A DNA stretch of 57,935 nt from an uncultured Planctomycetales bacterium (GTDB lineage: Bacteria > Omnitrophota > Gorgyraeia > Zapsychrales > Fredricksoniimonadaceae), in contig CAZFNI010000002.1 of NCBI GenBank assembly GCA_964520655.1, positions 1 through 57,935 on the forward strand. The letters run 5' to 3'. Position numbers and translations under genes: made by a program. The notes beneath the pieces were generated by a model, which made no database searches, was not told the DNA's origin, and was given only the letters and a program-made list of their open reading frames with translations. Every line of letters starts with the position of its first letter. Position 1 is the first letter of the stretch. This document shows, in pieces, positions 51,920 to 57,935 of the stretch.

Positions 51920-53401
51920 TTATGCCGCGACAGCCTCTGCTTGAAGCCCCAGTGTTAACGCGCTGCCAGATTCAGGTCTTTTCTTCAATATTCCCTGGAC
52001 GATCGTTTCAATAGCACCAACAGCCGCGATAATATCGGCGTTGGAAGAATTAAGCTCTTCAATGGTGGCAATGACAGTGTGGAGATATTTATAGAATTCC
52101 ACCGACTTATCACGAGTCTTCTCCGTGGAAATGCGCATCTGTCCAAAAACAATATTGAACCGATTCCCGTTGTCCCCAAGACGCGACGCTTCAATACATC
52201 CTAAAACATCCGTCCGCTCCAGATCCCTGATCATCTTGCTGATAATTTCTAGAACAGTGATGATCCGATGAATTCTCTTGGCAAGAGGGTTCAAAATACT
52301 GTTGACCTTATCAAAAGTATTAACGAACAGCTGCACTAAAAGCAGGATGTCTTTACTCACCTGTTGAAAATCTTCCGAGGAAAAACTCCCACGGTTTGAA
52401 AGTTCATACGACTCCAAGGCAAAGAAACTGATCATATCCGCCTGCATTCTCGAAGATGCCAGTAACAGCCCAAGCTGCTGGGTTCTGGCAGAGATATCTG
52501 CCGCTTCGCTTGAGATCGTTGAAGCCTGCATCTCGATCTCTTCCGAATATTTCTTGATCTGTTTGGAAATGACCGCCAAGGTCAACCCCTGTGCTCCTAA
52601 ACTATGGGTTTCAATACTGGCATTCAATGACAAAATGGAAATGAATTCCGAAAAATCAATAACAGCTTTGGTGTTGGTGTTGGTCATTTGTTCAATGTTT
52701 AGCAAATTCTCGAAACTTTTGAACAATAGATCGAAAATACCACTTATTGTTTGGCAATGACGGCTAACATTATTGATCTGTTCAATCAATGCCCTTTGAT
52801 CTTCGATCTTCGTTGGAACATCCTTCTGTTTCGAAGAAGAAAGGAATTCCAATTTCGTCGTCTCCTGTGCGATCATTTTCTGCCGGGAGGTCAGCTCCTC
52901 CATCAGCACTTTGGACATGAACGCATCATAATCCTTAAATCCTGCCGATTGTATCGTCGAAAGCAAGAGATCCAACGAAGAGTTCATCCCGCCAGATTCC
53001 TCAGCGGCCAGGACTTTCTTATATACGCCAGGTATTATCTTGAAAAAATCACTGGAAGGCTTTAAACGTATGGACACATATCCGCCGTCCACAGGATAAA
53101 CGGCCGCCAAGACCCAATAATACCGACCGTCTTTGGCCATATTCTTAACATAAGCCGCAATAATATTGCCCGCTTTCAAATAATCCCAAAGAACCTTGAA
53201 AACAACCCGCGGCATATCAGGATGGCGAATGATATTATGAGGACTGCCGATCAACTCTTCCTTACTAAATTGGCTAACCCTGACAAACACATTGTTCCCA
53301 GTCAGAATATTTCCGACTAGATCTGTCTTCGAGAAAAACAATTCCTTGAACAGATAAACACTTTCGACATCTTTGGGAACAACTTTCACTGATTTTGCCA
53401 T
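51920..53401 (-). CDS. Soluble PAS-domain methyl-accepting chemotaxis-type signalling protein
   Basis: The Aer-like PAS domain has LIGSPHNIIRHPDMPRVVFKVLWDYLKAG...KNMAKDGRYYWVLA. The MCP signalling-hairpin-like block is ILSLNASIETHSLGAQGLTLAVISKQIKKYSEE. The start at 53401 (MAKSVKVV) has GAAAGG upstream, and a TATAAT box lies inside the longer track ORF. Confidence 0.65.
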   Translation of the reverse strand: MAKSVKVVPKDVESVYLFKELFFSKTDLVGNILTGNNVFVRVSQFSKEELIGSPHNIIRHPDMPRVVFKVLWDYLKAGNIIAAYVKNMAKDGRYYWVLAAVYPVDGGYVSIRLKPSSDFFKIIPGVYKKVLAAEESGGMNSSLDLLLSTIQSAGFKDYDAFMSKVLMEELTSRQKMIAQETTKLEFLSSSKQKDVPTKIEDQRALIEQINNVSRHCQTISGIFDLLFKSFENLLNIEQMTNTNTKAVIDFSEFISILSLNASIETHSLGAQGLTLAVISKQIKKYSEEIEMQASTISSEAADISARTQQLGLLLASSRMQADMISFFALESYELSNRGSFSSEDFQQVSKDILLLVQLFVNTFDKVNSILNPLAKRIHRIITVLEIISKMIRDLERTDVLGCIEASRLGDNGNRFNIVFGQMRISTEKTRDKSVEFYKYLHTVIATIEELNSSNADIIAAVGAIETIVQGILKKRPESGSALTLGLQAEAVAA

Positions 53402-53449
53402 AACAAAACCTTTCTCAAGATCGGAAGTATTGTTGAACAAGTTTTTAAT

Positions 53450-53476
53450 ATTATAGCTTAAATTATTGGATATCAA
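53450..53476 (-). promoter_or_regulatory. Candidate promoter for the PAS-MCP gene
   Basis: On the minus strand there is TTGATA (53476-53471), a 15-nt spacer and a perfect TATAAT (53455-53450), about 45 nt upstream of the 53401 ATG. Confidence 0.35.
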
Positions 53477-53485
53477 TATTCTAAG

Positions 53486-53513
53486 TTGACAATATTTTCA
53501 TAACGCCTATCAT
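53486..53513 (+). promoter_or_regulatory. Candidate sigma70 promoter placed for leaderless expression of the sulfite/nitrite reductase
   Basis: There is TTGACA (53486-53491), a 16-nt spacer and TATCAT (53508-53513). Only 7 nt (atcgggt) separate the -10 from the ATG at 53521, and there is no SD. Confidence 0.4.
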
Positions 53514-53520
53514 ATCGGGT

Positions 53521-55347
53521 ATGAATAAAAAACCATTTACACCTCATTTTCACACAACACCCGATAAATTCGCCAAAGAAGAGCTGAATAAGCTGGCTTC
53601 CAAGAACAGCTTTGAGGGCAACATAAAGTCGGATTTTGCTGATAAGACCCGCGCTGATATTCCATGGGAATCTGAAGCCTTAGCCAAATCACACGGAGTT
53701 TATTTAGAGTTCAATCGAGCCTCGGAATCAGGAGAATCGAAAGAATGGATCTATTTGATCCGCATCTCGATCCCTGGAGGCGGCCCGTTAAATACCCAAC
53801 AATATAATCTCATTGATGAACTGGCGACAAAATACACCAAAGATCCGGACGGCATGCCCTCCATTCGTCTGACGAATCGGCAAAACATCCAATTCCACTG
53901 GGTCCGCAAAGAACATGTTTTGGAGATAATCAAGCGTATTGCTGAATCCGGCTTCAATTCTTTAAACGGCTGCGGGGATAATACACGCAATGTCATGGCT
54001 TGTCCCCTTGCTAGATTCTCAAAGATATTTAACGCCAACGCATGGGCCAGAAAAGCCGCGGACTATTTCCAGCTTCCGGTAGAGCCTTTCATCTCTGTTT
54101 GGGAGATCGATCCAACCCAGATCCGCAAACCAGGCGAATCATTCCAGTACGGCAAGAATTTATTGAACCGTAAATTCAAGATCGGTTTTGCCAATGTCTT
54201 AGAGGACCCTCAGACAGGCGCCTTGACCATCGATAACTGCGCGGAAGTCCTGACGGATGATATGGGCATTGTCCCCATCATTGAGAATAACATGGTCACT
54301 AAGTTCCAGATCTATATCGGCGGAGGTCAGGGCGAGAGGAACGGGAAACCGTCCATGGCCTCTTTGGGGGTCGCGTTAACTCAGGTCGATGAAGCAAATC
54401 TGCTTAAAACAATGGATGCCGTGGTTTCAGTCCATCAAACCTGGGGAGACAGGGAAAACCGTATTTGGGCTCGCCTGAAATTCGTTGTCAAGAAAATGGG
54501 CATCGACTGGTACCGTACTGAAGTGGAAAAAGTATTGGGACATAAACTCTCCCTCCCTGTTCCCAATCTTGATATTGGGAAACGCCACATGCATCACGGA
54601 TGGTTTGACCAGGGCAAGGACTTATGGACCTTTGGAGCCTTCATTGAGAATGGACGACTGATCGATAACAGTCCCAATGGCAAGCTCAAAGCCATGTGCC
54701 ATTTTGTCATGAATAAATATCATTGTGAGTTCATGATCACCCCCAATCAAGATGCGCTTTTCTGTAATATTCCGACTCATCTAAAATCAGCTTTTGAAGC
54801 GGATCTGGCTTCATTTGGTTATGGACTGCGTAACGGCAAAGCCTACTCCAAATTAAGAAGACTATCCGGAGCCTGCGTTGGCCGTGATACATGCCGCTTG
54901 ACCTATACGGATTCTGAAAAATTCGAACCTTATCTTATTGATGAATTAGAAAGTTTAGGTTGGGGAGATATTTCTGAATCTATTGGGATCACGGGTTGCG
55001 AACGCCAATGTTTCAGGCCCGCAACAAAGACCATTGGTTTAATCGGGTCTGGATTCAACCGCTATCAAATGAAACTTTTAGGAACAGAGGACGGAAAACA
55101 TCAAGGTCTTCCCCTGTTAAGTGAAGACGGCAGCGGCATTTACCTTAAATCGATCCCGCGTGAACGTGTCGCGAAAACGATTGATGTCTTGCTCAAATAC
55201 TGGAAAGCGAACGCCAAACCAGGTGAAGATCTGGGCTACTTCAATCGCCGCATCGGGATCGCGAACATTATCAAAAACTTCAAAGAATCCCTCGAAACCG
55301 CTGATCTAATGGCCAAAACACTACCCGCTGACTGTGTGATCGAATAA
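53521..55347 (+). CDS. Ferredoxin-type sulfite/nitrite reductase (siroheme-[4Fe-4S] hemoprotein family)
   Basis: 608 aa with duplicated NIR_SIR ferredoxin-like/4Fe-4S halves. Has TNRQNIQFHW, NGCGDNTRNVMACP, and SGACVGRDTC...TGCERQC (the Cys cluster ligating [4Fe-4S]/siroheme). Confidence 0.85.
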   Translation: MNKKPFTPHFHTTPDKFAKEELNKLASKNSFEGNIKSDFADKTRADIPWESEALAKSHGVYLEFNRASESGESKEWIYLIRISIPGGGPLNTQQYNLIDELATKYTKDPDGMPSIRLTNRQNIQFHWVRKEHVLEIIKRIAESGFNSLNGCGDNTRNVMACPLARFSKIFNANAWARKAADYFQLPVEPFISVWEIDPTQIRKPGESFQYGKNLLNRKFKIGFANVLEDPQTGALTIDNCAEVLTDDMGIVPIIENNMVTKFQIYIGGGQGERNGKPSMASLGVALTQVDEANLLKTMDAVVSVHQTWGDRENRIWARLKFVVKKMGIDWYRTEVEKVLGHKLSLPVPNLDIGKRHMHHGWFDQGKDLWTFGAFIENGRLIDNSPNGKLKAMCHFVMNKYHCEFMITPNQDALFCNIPTHLKSAFEADLASFGYGLRNGKAYSKLRRLSGACVGRDTCRLTYTDSEKFEPYLIDELESLGWGDISESIGITGCERQCFRPATKTIGLIGSGFNRYQMKLLGTEDGKHQGLPLLSEDGSGIYLKSIPRERVAKTIDVLLKYWKANAKPGEDLGYFNRRIGIANIIKNFKESLETADLMAKTLPADCVIE

Positions 55348-55353
55348 AACAAA

Positions 55354-55376
55354 AAGACCGCTTAAAAAGCGGTCTT
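55354..55376. terminator. Bidirectional intrinsic terminator hairpin
   Basis: aagaccgc-ttaaaaa-gcggtctt forms an 8-bp stem. On the minus strand it is followed by TTTTTGTTTTATT. On the plus strand it sits 7 nt after the reductase stop. Confidence 0.75.
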
Positions 55377-55395
55377 AAATTTAATTATGATAGCG

Positions 55396-55417
55396 GTTGG
55401 GCATTATTCTGCCCAAC
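55396..55417 (-). terminator. Hairpin immediately downstream of the 30-codon ORF
   Basis: gttgggca-ttattc-tgcccaac forms an 8-bp stem, 3 nt after the TAA at 55421-55423. Confidence 0.5.
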
Positions 55418-55420
55418 AGG

Positions 55421-55513
55421 TTAGATCAAAACGTTTGTTTCATCCCAAGCAAATGTTGCTTCATCTTCTTGCTCGGCTTTATCTTGCGACTGTTCGTTAT
55501 GCGGCCCTAACAT
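55421..55513 (-). CDS. Unannotated 30-codon ORF encoding an acidic peptide (MLGPHNEQSQDKAEQEDEATFAWDETNVLI)
   Basis: It is below the ORF-track size cut-off. AAGGAGG lies 8 nt upstream of the ATG (55513). It has its own promoter-like element (55579-55607) and two downstream hairpins. Confidence 0.4.
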   Translation of the reverse strand: MLGPHNEQSQDKAEQEDEATFAWDETNVLI

Positions 55514-55578
55514 AGGAATTACCTCCTTTAAGCTCCCATAGGGTTTATTGGCCCTTTATCTTGGGAAAAGATAGATGA

Positions 55579-55607
55579 AGTATAGCCTAAATCAGGAATT
55601 TTGCCAA
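55579..55607 (-). promoter_or_regulatory. Candidate sigma70 promoter for the small ORF
   Basis: On the minus strand there is TTGGCA (55607-55602), a 17-nt spacer and TATACT (55584-55579), downstream of the nuoN stop. Confidence 0.5.
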
Positions 55608-55651
55608 GTATTTTTTACAGCCCCCAAAACTATTAAAATTTTACTAAAATC

Positions 55652-57049
55652 TCACATGGGAAGCCATTGCAGGATGAATTGCGGAAAGATCCCAAGGATA
55701 ATATTCACAAAAACAGTTAAAAGCAAGGCGCTTAACAATACCGGTGAGAAAGTTTTTGGGAAATCTTCCTTGGGCTCATTAAAATACATCACCTTAATGA
55801 TGCGCAAATAGTAAAACAGAGCTACGACACTATTTAAAACAGCCGCAACAGCAAGTACATATAATTTAGCATCAACCGCAGCTGCTAAAACGATGAATTT
55901 GGCCATAAAACCCGCTAATGGGGGCAGTCCCGCCAATGACAGTAATGCGACCGCCATGATAAATGCTGTTAACGGCTGTTTTCGGGACAATCCAGAAAAC
56001 TCATCGATCTCCTGACGATTGACATAGATGGCACATCCGAACGCCCCGACATTCATAAAAACATAGACCATCAGATAAAAGAACAATGATCTAAGGCCAA
56101 TGCTGCTTAACGAGGCTAAAGCGATCAGCATAAAACCGGCATGCGCGATCGATGAGTAGGCCAGCATGCGTTTGACATTGCTTTGCTTTAATGCCGTGAT
56201 GTTACCCACCGTCATCGTGATGATCGACAACACCACCGCCACCCCTCCCCAATGTTCGATCATAACGGTCGGTCCGCTTAATAAAAAACGGGTCAGGATC
56301 GCGAAGCCCATGGCTTTAGAAGCGATCGAGAGATACGCCGTGACCGGGGTCGGCGCGCCTTGATAGGCATCCGGAACGGCAAAATGAAAAGGCGCAAGCG
56401 TACATTTAAACAGCAGACCTGCCAATACTAAAATGGATGCCAGGATAAAGATCGGGACGTGCGCCCCGCCTGTAAATGAGGCCACACTGATGTCCGTGAT
56501 GTCCAAAGACTGGCATAATCCGTAAAATAACGAGATCCCATAGAGCATGATCCCGGTTGAAAGTGCTCCAAAAATAAAATATTTCAATGCTGCTTCTGAA
56601 GAGAACCCGTCATTCTTTAAAAATCCGATCATAACATAGGAAATGATGGATACCGCCTCAACCGCGATATAAAGCATCATCAAATTATGGGAAGCAACCG
56701 CGATCATCATGCTGGCTGCCAGGTTCAGCAAGAAGAAATAGAACTCACCCCGGTCATTATCCTCGATCTGTTCAAATTCAAAGGAAATAAAGACCGCGAA
56801 GATCGTGGCGACTAAGATCAAGAACCTGAAAAACAGTGTTAACGCGTCCGCGTGAAGCAGCCCATGGAAAAAAGACCCAGCGGAATGCGGCGAAAGGATC
56901 AACAATAACAGCGACGCACATACAGCACTGTAAGCGGCAAAAGCCGTCCATAGTTTAGAAACCTTCAATACCCCCATGACTAGAACGACCAGCGACACGG
57001 TAAACAACAGAAGCTCAGGGATCAAAAATTGCAAGTCCATCAATGTCAT
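55652..57049 (-). CDS. nuoN: NADH-quinone oxidoreductase subunit N
   Basis: 465 aa, about 14 TM helices, antiporter-like subunit pattern (...LAYSSIAHAGF...). It follows nuoM. Confidence 0.9.
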   Translation of the reverse strand: MTLMDLQFLIPELLLFTVSLVVLVMGVLKVSKLWTAFAAYSAVCASLLLLILSPHSAGSFFHGLLHADALTLFFRFLILVATIFAVFISFEFEQIEDNDRGEFYFFLLNLAASMMIAVASHNLMMLYIAVEAVSIISYVMIGFLKNDGFSSEAALKYFIFGALSTGIMLYGISLFYGLCQSLDITDISVASFTGGAHVPIFILASILVLAGLLFKCTLAPFHFAVPDAYQGAPTPVTAYLSIASKAMGFAILTRFLLSGPTVMIEHWGGVAVVLSIITMTVGNITALKQSNVKRMLAYSSIAHAGFMLIALASLSSIGLRSLFFYLMVYVFMNVGAFGCAIYVNRQEIDEFSGLSRKQPLTAFIMAVALLSLAGLPPLAGFMAKFIVLAAAVDAKLYVLAVAAVLNSVVALFYYLRIIKVMYFNEPKEDFPKTFSPVLLSALLLTVFVNIILGIFPQFILQWLPM

Positions 57050-57057
57050 ATTTTTTC

Positions 57058-57935
57058 CTAGAATAAATGCGCTAAGACCAAAACCGCCGATTCCTGTACA
57101 CGCAATAAAATTTGGGGATATAAACCAACAACGACCGTGATCACGATCAACGGGACAACGGTTATCAGCTCACTCAACGACATGTCTTTATACGCCGCAC
57201 AACTGGAATTGATATCTCTTAACAAGACCCTCTCCAACATATATAAGAAATATCCGACAGTGATGATCAAAGCTATACCAGCAATGATCACCATATTAGG
57301 ATACGAACCAAACGCCGCCGCCAACACCATGAACTCTCCGGTAAAACCCGCCAGACCAGGTAACCCCAGTGTGGCTAATGTCATCATGCTTAAACAGAAC
57401 GCATATTTCGGCAGCACAGACGATAAGCCGCCAAAAGCATTGAGATCCCTGGTATGCGCCCGATCATATAAAACACCTACTAACAAGAACATGGCCCCGG
57501 TGATGATCCCGTGATTGAACATCTGCAGGATAGCCCCGTTATATCCCGCTTCATTGAGAGACGCCACTCCTAAGAGAACAAATCCCATATGACTGACGGA
57601 CGAATAAGCGATCATTTTTTTGAAATCAGTTTGAGCTAATGCGACGCACGCCCCATAGATGATACTGATGCATCCTAATAAGGCGAGTACCGGAGCAAGA
57701 TCATGAGCCGCGGTCTTAAATAATGGAAAACAAACACGTAAAATGCCGTATCCGCCCATTTTAAGCAAAACACCCGCCAGCAAAACACTAACCGGCGTCG
57801 GCGCTTCAACGTGCGCGTCTGGTAGCCAGGTATGAAATGGAAACACTGGAACCTTCACGGCAAAAGCTACAAAGAACGCCATGAACAATACCATCTGCCA
57901 GCGCGGATCAAATCCGGTCTTCGCCAGTTCAAGCA
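57058..57935 (-). CDS. nuoM: NADH-quinone oxidoreductase subunit M (C-terminal part; N-terminus beyond the right edge)
   Basis: Has FAVKVPVFPFHTWLPDAHVEAPTPVSVLLAGVLLKMGGYG and AYSSVSHMGFVLLG. The reading frame stays open to the window end. Confidence 0.9.
   Translation of the reverse strand, partial: LELAKTGFDPRWQMVLFMAFFVAFAVKVPVFPFHTWLPDAHVEAPTPVSVLLAGVLLKMGGYGILRVCFPLFKTAAHDLAPVLALLGCISIIYGACVALAQTDFKKMIAYSSVSHMGFVLLGVASLNEAGYNGAILQMFNHGIITGAMFLLVGVLYDRAHTRDLNAFGGLSSVLPKYAFCLSMMTLATLGLPGLAGFTGEFMVLAAAFGSYPNMVIIAGIALIITVGYFLYMLERVLLRDINSSCAAYKDMSLSELITVVPLIVITVVVGLYPQILLRVQESAVLVLAHLF

Noticed and set aside
55575-55811. 78-aa plus-strand ORF spanning the nuoN 3' end and the intergenic region.
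   Set aside because: It overlaps nuoN antisense and covers the minus-strand promoter of the small ORF. It has no SD and no motif.

Overview
The window is 57.9 kb and almost entirely minus-strand coding: about 60 tightly packed genes, many with 4-nt ATGA-type overlaps. The only plus-strand gene is a sulfite/nitrite reductase. GC looks low-to-mid 40s % by eye. LPS-core genes (hldD, a GT9 heptosyltransferase) and nuoM/nuoN point to a diderm, non-actinobacterial bacterium. I found no tRNA, CRISPR array, transposase, integrase or recognisable defence system.

Layout:
- 1-335: the extreme 5' end of a 16S rRNA gene, with a duplicated promoter module and a boxA-like element.
- 336-17867: the most interesting locus, a ~17.5-kb operon-like type II (aromatic) polyketide synthase cluster. 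It has KSalpha, a Cys/His-less KSbeta, an ACP, a TcmN-type ARO/CYC, a PF04199-type cyclase and an NTF2/SnoaL-like protein. It also has two reductases, an amidohydrolase-2 enzyme, an MFS exporter, an AMP-ligase and a PadR regulator. Embedded in it are a cobalamin-type radical SAM enzyme with a PCP_red-like partner, and a complete-looking 'DHAP shunt' for radical-SAM/SAM by-product salvage (nucleoside phosphorylase, MtnA-type isomerase, class II aldolase fused to SCP2, aldehyde dehydrogenase).
- 17874-26271: housekeeping and signalling genes (hldD, CNNM/CBS, REC-EAL, folA, thyA, alpha-glucan phosphorylase).
- 26305-44579: a large envelope-glycan locus. It has three GT-C-fold membrane glycosyltransferases (one ArnT/PMT-like, two YfhO-like), a GtrB/CsbB-like GT2 and tandem paralogous membrane proteins. 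A sugar-tailoring block carries a ThDP enzyme, an orphan E1alpha/beta pair, two methyltransferases, dehydrogenases, a radical SAM enzyme and GT9.
- 44590-57935: terC, moaC, arfB, prmA, PAS-GGDEF, gpmI, LemA/TPM, a PAS-MCP, the sulfite/nitrite reductase, an unannotated 30-codon ORF with its own promoter, SD and terminators, then nuoN and partial nuoM.

At sequence level, the palindrome GATC is strikingly over-represented in coding DNA (hand counts). A small AT-rich, GATC-poor insert with twin terminator-like palindromes sits inside the PKS cluster.

All family calls are motif-based from reading the translations. No database search was possible.
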